The translations under genes were made by a program, and so were the position numbers. DNA of 64,000 bases from Bacteroidales bacterium. Lineage in GTDB: Bacteria > Bacteroidota > Bacteroidia > Bacteroidales > WRLA01. The stretch is taken from contig OY781097.1 of NCBI GenBank assembly GCA_963676415.1, positions 3,972,965 through 4,036,964 on the forward strand. The letters run 5' to 3'. Under the pieces are notes generated by a model. It was given only the letters and a program-made list of their open reading frames with translations. It was not told the origin of the DNA and searched no databases. Shown here in pieces: positions 10,813-21,523 of this stretch (position 1 is its first letter; every line of letters starts with the position of its first letter).

Positions 10813-10865
10813 AAGGCATAATGCGATTATATCAATTATTAACCTTAAAAATAGGAGGATAAGTT

Positions 10866-11294
10866 ATGTTACCTGTTTTAAAAAATCGTTTTGTACCCAG
10901 TTTGTGGGATGAGTTTTTTGGCAAAAACAATGTAAACCGGTTTTTCGACAGTGAATTTGCCGATACTATGCCGGCAGTGAACATCAGGGAAGATGGTGAC
11001 AGCTTCAATATCGAAGTAGCTGCTCCAGGTATCGACAAAAAAGATTTCAACATCAAAATAGAAAATAATGTGTTGAGCATCAGCACTGAGCAAAAGGCCG
11101 AAAAAGAAGAAAAGAAAGACACTTACATCCGTAAAGAGTTTAATTACTTTGGTTTTCAGCGCTCATTTGCACTGCCGGAAAGCGTAGATCACGAAAAGAT
11201 CAAGGCCAATCATAAGGATGGCGTTTTGGTGGTCAGCATTCCGAAAAAAGAAGAAGCCAAAGAAAAACCACCAAAAACCATTAAAATTTCGTAA
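10866..11294 (+). CDS. Hsp20/alpha-crystallin small heat shock protein
   Basis: 'PAVNIREDGDSFNIEVAAPG..FQRSFALPE..IKANHKDGVLVVSIPK'. Confidence 0.95.
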   Translation: MLPVLKNRFVPSLWDEFFGKNNVNRFFDSEFADTMPAVNIREDGDSFNIEVAAPGIDKKDFNIKIENNVLSISTEQKAEKEEKKDTYIRKEFNYFGFQRSFALPESVDHEKIKANHKDGVLVVSIPKKEEAKEKPPKTIKIS

Positions 11295-11300
11295 AATTAT

Positions 11301-11326
11301 AACCCGGTCAACAGCCGGGTTTTTTA
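11301..11326. terminator. Intrinsic terminator between convergent genes
   Basis: aacccgg-tcaacag-ccgggtt stem followed by a T-run. Confidence 0.75.
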
Positions 11327-11327
11327 T

Positions 11328-12323
11328 TTAATAATAATGCGTTTCAACCACTGGCTGCCAAAAGGAAAGGTACGCATCATCATTTACGGCTTTGCATACA
11401 TTTTCAAAAATACAATGCCTGTGATCGCCGATTTGAACAGCCAGGCTCAAGGAACAGGGATTTTTTGCACAACGCCCTGAGCGGCAGAGCGGTTCATCCA
11501 AACAGCAGCTCCTGCCCAAAAGATAGAAAACATCATTCATTTTTAAGGAATTGAATTCTGTTTGCGCCACAATGAGCTTTATCGCTTCAACACAAGCAGC
11601 CCGAATCGCCTCATCTGACTCCAAAACAATACGCTTTTGAAGCTTTTGCCGCAATTTCTGATCCATTATTTCAACAGCTCCGCAACGCAAAAGCACCCGC
11701 TGCATATGGTAATCCATGATGGGAACCAGATTTTCGGGATCGGAGACATGAAACAGTCCGGCATCATCAAGTAATTTGATCAGAAATGAAGATTTTTTAT
11801 GCAATGGATCCGCAAAAGCTTCCATCTGAGATAAACGATTGTATATTTCATCGCAGCTTAATTGCTGATCCTCTTTTGAAAACAAATCCGCCACAGCGCC
11901 CGGGAATTGCTTTGTCAAAAATGCAGCAGCATCCAGCATCAGCCCTGTGCGCTCTTCAAGGCGATCCAAAGTACAGCTTTCCGGATCATGGTTTTCGGCA
12001 AATAAAGGTTTGATCAGGTAAATAAGCTTCTCCTGCCCTGCTTTGAGCATGAAATCGGGATCTAGGAGTGGCGATTCATTTTCGGCAAGATGCGTGAACA
12101 CATACTCAAGATATTCCCAACCGTAAAGCTTCAGGCTTTCATTTTTAAGCGCATAAGTTTGATGGCAAATGGCCACAGAAAAGAAATACGCCCGGAAGCG
12201 GCTTTCCCTGCAGGCTTTCATTTTCAGGAAAGGCCGGTCGTAAAATTCAGGCCGGAATTCGAGTTTATTGATTATCTGTCCCAGACTGGCGCAAATGTCC
12301 TCATCAATCATAATCTTTTCCAT
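11328..12323 (-). CDS. Hypothetical protein, possible queuosine-salvage (QNG1/DUF2419)-like or HhH N-glycosylase-like fold with a C-terminal Cys cluster
   Basis: 'IMDYHMQRVLLRCG' and 'DEAIRAACVEAIKLI' resemble recalled QNG1-family motifs; Cys-rich tail 'SCCLDEPLCRSGRCAKNPC..HCIFENVC'. Confidence 0.4.
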   Translation of the reverse strand: MEKIMIDEDICASLGQIINKLEFRPEFYDRPFLKMKACRESRFRAYFFSVAICHQTYALKNESLKLYGWEYLEYVFTHLAENESPLLDPDFMLKAGQEKLIYLIKPLFAENHDPESCTLDRLEERTGLMLDAAAFLTKQFPGAVADLFSKEDQQLSCDEIYNRLSQMEAFADPLHKKSSFLIKLLDDAGLFHVSDPENLVPIMDYHMQRVLLRCGAVEIMDQKLRQKLQKRIVLESDEAIRAACVEAIKLIVAQTEFNSLKMNDVFYLLGRSCCLDEPLCRSGRCAKNPCSLSLAVQIGDHRHCIFENVCKAVNDDAYLSFWQPVVETHYY

Positions 12324-12381
12324 AACAAGCAGATATAAAAATCCCCCACATCATTTTATGCAGGGGATATTTTCGAAAATA

Positions 12382-13212
12382 TTAGTTATTTCCTAAGATG
12401 ATAGGCAGGCCGTCTTTTCCGCTTCCTACCACAATCACTTTTGTATTTGGTGATTTTGAAAGTTCGAGCGTAGCCTGTATTCCTTTTTCTTTCAGGATTT
12501 TATCGGTAATACTTGCCGAGAGGATTTCGTTGGCCCTTGCCTTACCTTCGGCATCAATCCGCTGACGTTCTGCTTCTTTTTTCGCTTTTTCAAGTTTAAA
12601 TTCATACTCCAGCGATTCCTGTTCCTGCTTCAGTTTGCTTTCGATTGCCTGCTTAATGGTTGGCGGTAAAACTATAGACCGGATAAGGATCTGGTTTAAA
12701 TCGACATATTTGTTTTTCAGGATTTTTTCTGTTTCTTCAAAAATTTCATCTTGGATCGCATCCCTTTTCGTAGAATATATCTGCTCCGGAGTATAGCGGC
12801 CGATCACACTACGGGCAGAAGCTCTCAAACTTGGTATTACTACCCTGCGCAGATAGTCCTGGCCGATATTCATATGTAGCATTCCCAGCTTCGAAAATTC
12901 GGGACGATACCATGCAGAAACATCCACTTTAATTTCCAATCCATTGGACGAAAGTACATTCATATCCTCAGCGACTTCCTGCTGACGGGTTTCATAAACG
13001 ATCATATCATTCCAGGGAGCGATAAAATGGAATCCCTCCCCATACGTTTGAGTTGTATCTATTCCTCCTCCAAAAGTACGGAAGAGCACGCCACCATGTC
13101 CGGCGTCAATGGTTACGGTAATACTGCTCCAGAAAATTACTACGATAATAACAGCGCCCAACAATAATGCAAGGGGCAAAACGCGTTTCATGTTCAATTC
13201 ATCTTGTGCCAT
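12382..13212 (-). CDS. SPFH/prohibitin (band 7) family membrane protein
   Basis: N-terminal TM helix, 'GEGFHFIAPW', coiled coil 'AIESKLKQEQ..EAERQRIDAEGKA'. Confidence 0.92.
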   Translation of the reverse strand: MAQDELNMKRVLPLALLLGAVIIVVIFWSSITVTIDAGHGGVLFRTFGGGIDTTQTYGEGFHFIAPWNDMIVYETRQQEVAEDMNVLSSNGLEIKVDVSAWYRPEFSKLGMLHMNIGQDYLRRVVIPSLRASARSVIGRYTPEQIYSTKRDAIQDEIFEETEKILKNKYVDLNQILIRSIVLPPTIKQAIESKLKQEQESLEYEFKLEKAKKEAERQRIDAEGKARANEILSASITDKILKEKGIQATLELSKSPNTKVIVVGSGKDGLPIILGNN

Positions 13213-13423
13213 AATTGTGCTTTTAAATTTTCAAACAAAGATACAATCTTAAACCGGATTTCCAATTTTGCCAGGAAAAGATTCATAAATATTCAATGAA
13301 ACGTAAATAGCTGAATAAAAATACAATAAGCTAAAAAAAAGTTTTATTTAGGGCATAAAAGCTTTATTAAATTTGCTTAGATTTGCCCACATAATCTAAA
13401 AATAACATTAACCTTAAACTATT

Positions 13424-14368
13424 ATGAACAAATTAGCAGTAATAGCTTTTGGCGGAAATGCACTACTCAGAGGCGATCAAAAAGGCACCATCGACGAGCA
13501 GGAAGCCAATGTTTTTGACACCTGCAGCCATGTTTTCGAACTTATTCGCCGTGGATATAATGTGGTGCTTGGCCATGGAAACGGCCCTCAGGTAGGCAAT
13601 GTGCTTTTGCAACACGAAGCCGGTGAGAAGGTTTTTGGTATTCCCAAAATGCCCATTGATTTTTGTGTAGCCGAAACACAGGGTTCGATTGGTTATATGA
13701 TCGAGCAGCAAATGCGCAATGTATTGATGAATGAAAACATTGAGCGCGATGTTATTACGCTCATCACGGAAGTGATGGTCGATAAAAACGATCCTGCTTT
13801 CCAAAACCCCACAAAACCGGTTGGTCCCTTTTATACCGAAGAAGAAGCAAATAAATATGCCAGCGCAACTAATGCCCAATTCGCAGCCGATCCACGGGGA
13901 AGAGGATACCGCAAAGTAGTGGCCAGCCCGCGTCCGGTAAGTATCAACAATAGAAAAACCATTGAAAACATTGCCCGTTCCGGTCAGATTGTAATCACAG
14001 TTGGTGGCGGTGGCATACCTGTTTTCAAAGTTGAAGAGAACAAACTCCAGGGCATTGATGCCGTTATTGATAAAGACCTGGCCAGCAGCATGCTTGCAAC
14101 ACAAATCAAGGCCGATGAGTTTTATATCCTAACCGATGTGCCCAAGGTTTGCATCAATTTCCATAAACCTAACCAAAAGGACCTGGATGTAATTACAGTA
14201 AGCGAAGCCGAGCAATACCTCGAAGAAGGGCATTTTGCCCCAGGCAGCATGGCGCCAAAAGTAAAAGCAGCACTCGAATTCGTGAAAAACGGCGGTGAAA
14301 AATGTATCATTACAACAGCCGCAGAACTGGATAATGAAGGCTCCGGCACACAAATTATTAAAGGATAA
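13424..14368 (+). CDS. arcC: Carbamate kinase
   Basis: 'VIAFGGNALL', 'HGNGPQVG', 'PTKPVGPFY', 'AVIDKD', 'GSMAPKV'. Confidence 0.95.
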   Translation: MNKLAVIAFGGNALLRGDQKGTIDEQEANVFDTCSHVFELIRRGYNVVLGHGNGPQVGNVLLQHEAGEKVFGIPKMPIDFCVAETQGSIGYMIEQQMRNVLMNENIERDVITLITEVMVDKNDPAFQNPTKPVGPFYTEEEANKYASATNAQFAADPRGRGYRKVVASPRPVSINNRKTIENIARSGQIVITVGGGGIPVFKVEENKLQGIDAVIDKDLASSMLATQIKADEFYILTDVPKVCINFHKPNQKDLDVITVSEAEQYLEEGHFAPGSMAPKVKAALEFVKNGGEKCIITTAAELDNEGSGTQIIKG

Positions 14369-14409
14369 ACCAAGATCACCACAAAATATAATTTTTTAAA
14401 AATCACAAC

Positions 14410-15411
14410 ATGGCTTACAATCTGAGAAACCGCAATTTCCTGAAGCTCTTAGACTTCAGCCCCAAAGAAATCAAATTTATGCTTGATCTGTCGGCAGATC
14501 TGAAAAAAGCAAAATATGCCGGCACTGAGCAACAAACAATGAAAGGCAAAAACATTGCTTTGATTTTCGAAAAAAGCTCTACACGTACACGCTGTGCTTT
14601 TGAAACCGCTGCTTACGACCAGGGCGCCAATGTAACTTATTTAGGACCTTCAGGTTCTCAAATCGGTGCAAAAGAATCGATGAAAGATACTGCACGCGTT
14701 TTGGGCAGAATGTACGATGGCATCGAATACCGTGGCTTCGGACAAGATGTTGTTGAAGAGCTGGGTAAATATGCCGGCGTTCCGGTATGGAATGGTTTGA
14801 CCACAGAATATCACCCAACACAAATCCTTGCAGATTTCCTCACAATGATGGAACACTCTGACAAGCCTTTGAAAAATGTTACTTTTGCTTATGTGGGCGA
14901 TGCACGCAACAATATGGGCAACTCACTGATGATCGGCGCTGCCAAAATGGGAATGGACTTCCGTTCTATTGCTCCAAAAAGCGTTCAACCCGAAGAAACA
15001 CTCGTAAACGAAGCCAAAGAAATCGCCAAAGAAACCGGCGCTAAAATTCTGGTTACCGACAATATCGGAGAAGGCGTTAAAGGCTGCGACTTTATTTATA
15101 CCGATGTTTGGGTATCGATGGGCGAACCCGATGAAGTTTGGAAAGAACGTATCGAGCTGCTGAAGCCTTACCAGGTAAACAAAGCAATGATGGACGCTAC
15201 CGGAAACCCGGATGTTAAGTTCATGCACTGCCTTCCCGCTTTCCACAACAGGGAAACCAAAATTGGTGAAGAAATTTACCAGAAATTTGGCATCGAATCC
15301 ATGGAAGTAACTGAGGAAGTTTTCGAATCTCCTGCATCCATTGTATTCGACGAAGCCGAAAACCGCCTGCATACCATCAAAGCAGTGATGGTTGCTACTC
15401 TTGGCGCATAA
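14410..15411 (+). CDS. argF: Ornithine carbamoyltransferase (likely catabolic, ArcB-type)
   Basis: 'STRTRCAFE', 'HPTQ', 'HCLPAFH', 'FDEAENRLH'; directly follows arcC. Confidence 0.95.
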   Translation: MAYNLRNRNFLKLLDFSPKEIKFMLDLSADLKKAKYAGTEQQTMKGKNIALIFEKSSTRTRCAFETAAYDQGANVTYLGPSGSQIGAKESMKDTARVLGRMYDGIEYRGFGQDVVEELGKYAGVPVWNGLTTEYHPTQILADFLTMMEHSDKPLKNVTFAYVGDARNNMGNSLMIGAAKMGMDFRSIAPKSVQPEETLVNEAKEIAKETGAKILVTDNIGEGVKGCDFIYTDVWVSMGEPDEVWKERIELLKPYQVNKAMMDATGNPDVKFMHCLPAFHNRETKIGEEIYQKFGIESMEVTEEVFESPASIVFDEAENRLHTIKAVMVATLGA

Positions 15412-15434
15412 GAAATCACATTTGATTTATACAG

Positions 15435-15464
15435 AAAAGACAGCTCAATGGGCTGTCTTTTTTT
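15435..15464 (+). terminator. Intrinsic terminator after argF
   Basis: aaaagacagc-tcaatgg-gctgtctttt stem plus T-run. Confidence 0.75.
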
Positions 15465-15482
15465 ATTTCGGGAAAAACTTAT

Positions 15483-15851
15483 GTTTTGACACCAAATTTC
15501 GCGGGAAGACAAACTATAAAATCTCCAACAGGTTCCTCCAAAGTTTTCCTCATGTTTCGGAAACTTTGTCGGAATGACGCGTTTTACAAAGTCAGAGGGC
15601 AAATGCGGTGCACTTCGACTTGGTTCGGCTACGCTCACCACAGGACGCTCAGTGACCAGGCCGCATTTGCCTTAAACGCTTAATAAACAGCGTCATTCCG
15701 ATCGAAACAAAGCCGAACGAAGTGATTAAGGCTTTGTGAAGGGAGGAATCTTTTGGAGTTTATTTTATTTTATTAAATATCTTATTTCCAAATATCTAAT
15801 TAATAACTAATTTCAAACATTATCATTACCCACGAAATTCCTAGTAGAACC
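15483..15851. mobile_element. MITE-like element, decayed copy of 45684..46039
   Basis: Core 15530..15750 closely matches 45733..45953. Right end ccacgaaattcctagtagaacc is intact; left end is degenerate (gttttgacaccaaatttcgcgg); no clear TSD. Confidence 0.75.
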
Positions 15852-15891
15852 AGAATTGAGATCATTCTTGAGCAAGCTCATTAACAATCAC

Positions 15892-17664
15892 CTATCCCCT
15901 AAAACTAATTTTACGCAGACGCAAACTCTTCGGCGTGATCTCGAGGAGTTCGTCATCGCGGATATATTCCATGGCTTCTTCGAGTGTAAACTCAATTTTT
16001 GGTGGCAATTTTACATTGTCATCGGAGCCGGCAGCACGCATATTAGTGAGTTTTTTCCCTTTGATGACATTGAGTGGCAGATCAATTTTGCGGGTATGTT
16101 CTCCAACCACCTGTCCTTTATACACCTGCTCACCGGGCGCCACAAAGAAACGTCCGCGGTCTTTCAGCCTGTCAATTGCATAAGCCAGTGCCTGACCGGT
16201 CTCCATAGATACCAGCGAACCGTTTTGATTGGAAATAATTTCTTCTTTCAGGGGACCATATTCGAGGAAACGGTGCGTCATTACGGCTTCGCCGGATGTT
16301 AAAGTAACCAGTTGATTACGCATCCCAATAAGGCCACGGGAAGGAACAACAAATTCAAGATGAAGGATATCGCCTTTGGGTTCCATCACCTGCATCTCCC
16401 CTTTTCTATTGGTAACCAGCTCAATGGCTTTTCCAGACATATGTTCGGGCAAATCAATGACCAGCAATTCGAAAGGCTCACATTTCTGACCATCAATTTC
16501 TTTCTGGATTACCTGGGGTTTCCCCACTTGTAGTTCATAACCTTCACGGCGCATGGTTTCAATCAGGATGGAAAGATGGAGGATTCCGCGGCCAAACACA
16601 TTAAATTTGTCTTCCGAATTGGTTTCTTCTACTTTGAGGGCCAGGTTTTTCTCCATTTCTTTCATCAGTCGGTCGCGGAGATGGCGTGATGTAACGTATT
16701 TGCCTTCTTTGCCAAAAAACGGGCTGTTGTTAATGGTAAAAAGCATACTCATGGTGGGTTCGTCCACCTGGATGCGTTGCAGTGCTTCAGGCTGCTGCAA
16801 ATCGGCTACCGTATCGCCAATATCAAATCCTTCGATGCCCACCAAAGCGCAGATATCGCCACAACTCACCTGTTTGGCTTTTTCGCGTCCCAGGCCTTTA
16901 AATACATAGAGTTCTTTAACCTTCACTTTTTTTGTTGAGCCATCGCGTTTGCAAAGTGCATATTCCTGGCCTTCAACAATATCGCCACGAAAAACACGTC
17001 CAATGGCAATCCGTCCCACAAAACTGCTGTAATCAAGGCTGGCCACCTGCATTTGCGTAGGGCCTTCAACATATTTGGGCTCGGGAATGATATCGATGAT
17101 TTTATCGAGCAAAGGCAGGATATTATCGGTAGGTTCTGTCCAGTCGTCGCTCATCCAGCCCTGCTTGGAGCTTCCGAAAACGGTTTCAAAATCGAGCTGG
17201 TCTTCGGTAGCATCAAGGCTGAACATCAAATCAAACACGGCTTGCTGTGTTTCATCCGGACGACAGTTTTCCTTATCGACCTTGTTAACCACTACAATAG
17301 GTTTTAAACCGCGTTCGATGGCTTTACCGAGCACAAAACGTGTTTGCGGCATGGGGCCTTCAAAAGCATCCACCAGCAGCAGAACCCCATCAGCCATTTT
17401 CAAAACGCGTTCCACTTCCCCACCAAAATCGGCGTGACCAGGCGTATCTATCAGATTGATTTTAATGTCTTTATATTGAACAGAAACATTCTTCGAAATA
17501 ATCGTGATTCCCCTTTCGCGTTCCAGATCATTATTGTCGAGCAAAAGCTCCGTATGTTCCTTCCTGCTGTCAAGGGTTTTGCAGGTTTCGATGATCCGGT
17601 CAACCAGGGTTGTTTTGCCATGATCTACGTGCGCGATAATGGCTATGTTGCGTATTTTTTGCAT
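15892..17664 (-). CDS. typA: Translational GTPase TypA/BipA
   Basis: 'IRNIAIIAHVDHGKTTLVD', 'DTPGHADFGGEVER', C-terminal 'GKKLTNMRAAGSD'. Confidence 0.97.
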   Translation of the reverse strand: MQKIRNIAIIAHVDHGKTTLVDRIIETCKTLDSRKEHTELLLDNNDLERERGITIISKNVSVQYKDIKINLIDTPGHADFGGEVERVLKMADGVLLLVDAFEGPMPQTRFVLGKAIERGLKPIVVVNKVDKENCRPDETQQAVFDLMFSLDATEDQLDFETVFGSSKQGWMSDDWTEPTDNILPLLDKIIDIIPEPKYVEGPTQMQVASLDYSSFVGRIAIGRVFRGDIVEGQEYALCKRDGSTKKVKVKELYVFKGLGREKAKQVSCGDICALVGIEGFDIGDTVADLQQPEALQRIQVDEPTMSMLFTINNSPFFGKEGKYVTSRHLRDRLMKEMEKNLALKVEETNSEDKFNVFGRGILHLSILIETMRREGYELQVGKPQVIQKEIDGQKCEPFELLVIDLPEHMSGKAIELVTNRKGEMQVMEPKGDILHLEFVVPSRGLIGMRNQLVTLTSGEAVMTHRFLEYGPLKEEIISNQNGSLVSMETGQALAYAIDRLKDRGRFFVAPGEQVYKGQVVGEHTRKIDLPLNVIKGKKLTNMRAAGSDDNVKLPPKIEFTLEEAMEYIRDDELLEITPKSLRLRKISFRG

Positions 17665-17735
17665 ACTTCTGAATTTGAGCGTGCAAAAATAGTCTTAATA
17701 ATCGACATTAATCAGTGTCCTTTGTGAAATAAAAG

Positions 17736-19832
17736 TTATTTCTCATCAGCATTTGAGCTTAAATACTTGTTTTTGAAATATTTGAAGAGCTCATATTGTG
17801 TTCGTATATTCTTTTTGCCACCTTCAATAATTTGGTTCACATTATCTTCATCTACGAGCCGGGCGCTGACATTATCGTTTAATTGGATATTAATAATGTC
17901 AATCAATTCCTGTTTTAGTTTTTTATCAGGAATAGGAATAACACACTCAATTCTCCGGTAAAGGTTCCGTTTCATCCAATCGGCAGAACCTATATAAACT
18001 TTCTCCTTGCCACCGGCATAGAAATAAAATACGCGCGCATGCTCGAGATAACGGTCCACAATACGGATAATACGGATATTTTTGCTGTATTTCTTATTCG
18101 GAATCAAACAGTTTACGCCACGCACCAGACAGTCGATTTTCACACCTGCTTCACTGGCTTTATAGAGTTCGGATATCATTTTCGGATCTTCCAAACCATT
18201 GACTTTAATGACAATATGAGCTTTCTCTCCTTTCTGCGCCTGCTTAATTTCCTTGTCAATCAACTTTTTAAAAGTTTCGGTCATATTGAAATTGGGCACA
18301 AGGATTTTATCAAATTTTTCCGGGGGTGTTTGATGCTCCAGATAGCTGAAGAGCTTGTTTAGATCGGAAATTATATCCGCATTGGCGGTAAAATATCCAT
18401 GATCGCAATACAATCGGGCTGTTTTTTCGTTAAAATTCCCGGTTCCGATAAAACTCAAATCACGGTTTTCACCCTTCGGTCCTACTTTTCTTTTGATAAG
18501 TGCAACTTTTGAATGCACTTTTAAGCCCGGCAGAAAATAGATTATCTTGATACCGGAATGTTTCATTTCCCGGGCATACTGCAAGTTGGCTTCTTCATCA
18601 AAACGGGCTTTCAGCTCCACAAAAACAGTCACATTTTTTCCACTGAGTGCAGCACGAATCAGGCTGTTGACCACTGCAGAATTGGAAGCAACACGATACT
18701 GGGTAATCTTAATGCTTTCCACATCACCGTTATGACCGGCTTCCTGCAAAAAGCTGATAAAATATTCGAAACTTTGGTATGGAAAACTTAAAAGTACATC
18801 CTGATTTTCAACAACCTGAAGCATTGAGGCTGCGTTTTCGAAAACCGGCAGTCTAATCGGTTTTATATTTTCCAGTTCATGCTGCGGATGAAAAGGGTTT
18901 GGAAAGGAGAAAAAATTCCTAAAATTATTGGTCCTCCCTCCTTTTACGATTGTATCGTGCGATATATCAAGTGTTTCCAAAAGGAAGTGCAACATATTCT
19001 CGGGCATTTCCTTATTGAACTGGAATCGGTTTGGCCGTCCTACAGCGCGGGTTTGTTCGAGCTGTTCAATAGCCTCGATCAGGTCCTCATTGTCGTAATC
19101 TTCATAATCCAGGTCTGCATCGCGGGTAATTTTAATGGTGTACCAGTTATTGATATGAAAACCTGGGAAAATTTCATGGGCATAGCGCATAATCAAATCT
19201 TCCAGGAACATCACGCTATGGCGGCCTTCTCGCACCGGAAGCTGGATAAAACGCGAAATATCATGATCGGTCGGCAGTTTCAGCAAAGCATAACGCGGAG
19301 TGCGTACTTTAATGCTCCCGAGTGTTTTCTGTTTGGTATAGAGCTGGATTGCGATATAAATCTGGCCAGTTCGTAAAAATGGCCGGATACGTTTTTTAAT
19401 CAAAAGTATGGGCTGCACTGCCGGCAAAACTTCATGCGAAAAAATGCTGTGGGCATGAGCTTCCTGCTCAGCATTCAAACGGGCATCAAAGGCGGGCAGC
19501 TCAATGCCAATTTCTTCCAGCTTCGGGAGGATACGGTTATAAAAAAGCTCGTTAAACTCAATCTGGTGGCGCGATACAATTTTGTTGATCTCACGGATAA
19601 AAGCATCCGGTTTAACGCTCTTATACTTCGGATGCTCCGGATCCAGGCTACGTTCCAGTTCGCGGTAATAACTTACGCGCACGCGGTAAAACTCTTCCAG
19701 ATTATTGGAATATATTGCCAGGAATTTGATGCGTTCGTACAAAGGAAGACCTTCATCATAAGCAACTTCCAATACCCTGTGGTTAAATGACAACCAACTT
19801 ATGTCACGGTTAAAAAAACGATATGTTGCCAT
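17736..19832 (-). CDS. ppk1: Polyphosphate kinase 1
   Basis: 'FFNRDISWLSFNHRVL', 'ELKARFDEEAN', 'KVHSK', 'RYLEHAR', 'GSADWMKRNL'. Confidence 0.95.
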   Translation of the reverse strand: MATYRFFNRDISWLSFNHRVLEVAYDEGLPLYERIKFLAIYSNNLEEFYRVRVSYYRELERSLDPEHPKYKSVKPDAFIREINKIVSRHQIEFNELFYNRILPKLEEIGIELPAFDARLNAEQEAHAHSIFSHEVLPAVQPILLIKKRIRPFLRTGQIYIAIQLYTKQKTLGSIKVRTPRYALLKLPTDHDISRFIQLPVREGRHSVMFLEDLIMRYAHEIFPGFHINNWYTIKITRDADLDYEDYDNEDLIEAIEQLEQTRAVGRPNRFQFNKEMPENMLHFLLETLDISHDTIVKGGRTNNFRNFFSFPNPFHPQHELENIKPIRLPVFENAASMLQVVENQDVLLSFPYQSFEYFISFLQEAGHNGDVESIKITQYRVASNSAVVNSLIRAALSGKNVTVFVELKARFDEEANLQYAREMKHSGIKIIYFLPGLKVHSKVALIKRKVGPKGENRDLSFIGTGNFNEKTARLYCDHGYFTANADIISDLNKLFSYLEHQTPPEKFDKILVPNFNMTETFKKLIDKEIKQAQKGEKAHIVIKVNGLEDPKMISELYKASEAGVKIDCLVRGVNCLIPNKKYSKNIRIIRIVDRYLEHARVFYFYAGGKEKVYIGSADWMKRNLYRRIECVIPIPDKKLKQELIDIINIQLNDNVSARLVDEDNVNQIIEGGKKNIRTQYELFKYFKNKYLSSNADEK

Positions 19833-19953
19833 GCAGAAATTCCTTTTTGATTGAAGGGCAAGTTACACAAAAAGCCTGACCTGCCTTTACGCAGAGCTTT
19901 ATTTTTTTGCTATTTTTGGCGGGTTTTACGAATATATCATAAATAAAACCGGA

Positions 19954-20505
19954 ATGTCAAAAAGAATTTCGATGAAAATTTTCATAACCACACTATCTGT
20001 TTTTCTGCTGTTTTTGGGATATGTGCATCAGCTTCAGGCGCAAAATACGCTTAAAGACCGAGGCTATATTGTTGAAGTGGGCGATCAGGCTCCTGTTTTT
20101 ACGGCAAAGCTCGACAATGGCAAGCAATTCAACCTTAAAAAGCAAAGGGGCAATATTGTGATGTTGCAGTTCACTGCCAGCTGGTGCGGTGTGTGCCGCA
20201 AGGAAATGCCGCATATCGAAAAGAGGATTTGGCAAAAATTCAAAGATAAAGGCGTAGTTGTTATAGGTATTGATCGCGATGAACCATTGGAAACAGTACA
20301 AAAATTCGCAAAACAGACCGGCATCAGCTACCCTCTGGCACTCGATCCGGCCGCGGAAATCTTTCAGCTTTATGCTCATCCCAAGGCCGGTGTTACGCGC
20401 AATGTCCTGATCGACAGGGAAGGCAAAATAGTGTTCCTTACCCGATTGTTCGACGAAAAAGAGTTTGATGCGCTAATCGGTAAAATAGAAGAATTACTGA
20501 AATAA
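19954..20505 (+). CDS. TlpA/redoxin family thiol-disulfide protein
   Basis: Signal peptide; 'FTASWCGVCRKEMP' WCxxC motif. The start may be a few codons later. Confidence 0.9.
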   Translation: MSKRISMKIFITTLSVFLLFLGYVHQLQAQNTLKDRGYIVEVGDQAPVFTAKLDNGKQFNLKKQRGNIVMLQFTASWCGVCRKEMPHIEKRIWQKFKDKGVVVIGIDRDEPLETVQKFAKQTGISYPLALDPAAEIFQLYAHPKAGVTRNVLIDREGKIVFLTRLFDEKEFDALIGKIEELLK

Positions 20506-20560
20506 AAATTGATATCCAGTAAATTACATCCGAAAAACAAATCAAATTTTATACGCTTCC

Positions 20561-21337
20561 ATGAAACAAATATTCCTGACGGCACTGATCCTGTTCTACA
20601 GCCTGTTTTCCATTGCTCAGGTGAATACGGAAAAATACCGCAAATACGGAACGAAGCCCGGGTTTAATACAAATTTGGGACTGAATGTTGGCTACGAAAA
20701 AGGTAATTCCAATTATCTGACAACCGAAGCCAAAATCCGTTTTGACTACAATATGATCCGGTATAACTTTTTTCTGGTAGGAAGTATTGATTATAAAGAT
20801 GCGAACGAAGAAAAAGTAAAGAACAAAGGGTTTGCGCATTTTCGGGCCATCAGGAAACTCAGCAAGGTGTTTTCAACAGAAGCTTTTGCGCAGCTCGAAT
20901 ACGATGAGTTTATTGATTTGAACGAAAGGTTGTTGCTGGGTGGCGGAATCCGTTTAAACCCCACGAATGCGGGAAATAAACCGGACAGCCTCCGGAAACT
21001 GGATTTCCATATTGGTATTGGGATGATGTATGAAGATGAAGAATATCAAAATCTGGAATCCGGCCTGAACTTTAATACAGAGGCACGCTCAACGAATTAT
21101 TTATCGGTCGATTATGATCTTACCCAAACAGCGAACATTGCCGGAGTATTTTATTATCAGCCTTTAGTACGTGATTTTTCTGATTTCCGCTTTATGGCCG
21201 ATGCCGTTCTGGAAGTAAAAGTTTTGAAAAGGCTCTTTTTACAAATAGTGCTGCATTATAAATACGACAGCCGACCGGAAATTGTTGATGTAAAATACGA
21301 TCTGGAACTGGAAAACGGACTACGGTTTAACTTGTAG
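20561..21337 (+). CDS. DUF481-like outer-membrane beta-barrel protein
   Basis: Signal peptide 'AQVNTE', 'AFAQLEYDEF', 'YKYDSRP', amphipathic strands. Confidence 0.7.
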   Translation: MKQIFLTALILFYSLFSIAQVNTEKYRKYGTKPGFNTNLGLNVGYEKGNSNYLTTEAKIRFDYNMIRYNFFLVGSIDYKDANEEKVKNKGFAHFRAIRKLSKVFSTEAFAQLEYDEFIDLNERLLLGGGIRLNPTNAGNKPDSLRKLDFHIGIGMMYEDEEYQNLESGLNFNTEARSTNYLSVDYDLTQTANIAGVFYYQPLVRDFSDFRFMADAVLEVKVLKRLFLQIVLHYKYDSRPEIVDVKYDLELENGLRFNL

Positions 21338-21523
21338 GGGAGATTTGTATATTTACACATTATGGACAAACTCTAATTATACGAAGCACACACAGGACGG
21401 TAATTTTATTACGGTCGTCTTTCCTTTCTACTCTTATTTTCAAAAGTTTTTAGCTCTTTCTTCCCGCTCTTCCCAATAATTCCTTAAATTTACTCCAAAT
21501 CAATTCCAAGCAACAGAGCCTAT

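Noticed and set aside
15486-15683. Short ORF similar to 45599..45886 (MRxTSTWFGYAHHRTLSD)
   Set aside because: It is a translation of the palindromic MITE core; the starts differ and there is no sign of a real gene.
21338-21523. Riboswitch or leader upstream of the NRPS
   Set aside because: Pyrimidine-rich but without a recognisable aptamer or stable multi-stem fold by eye.
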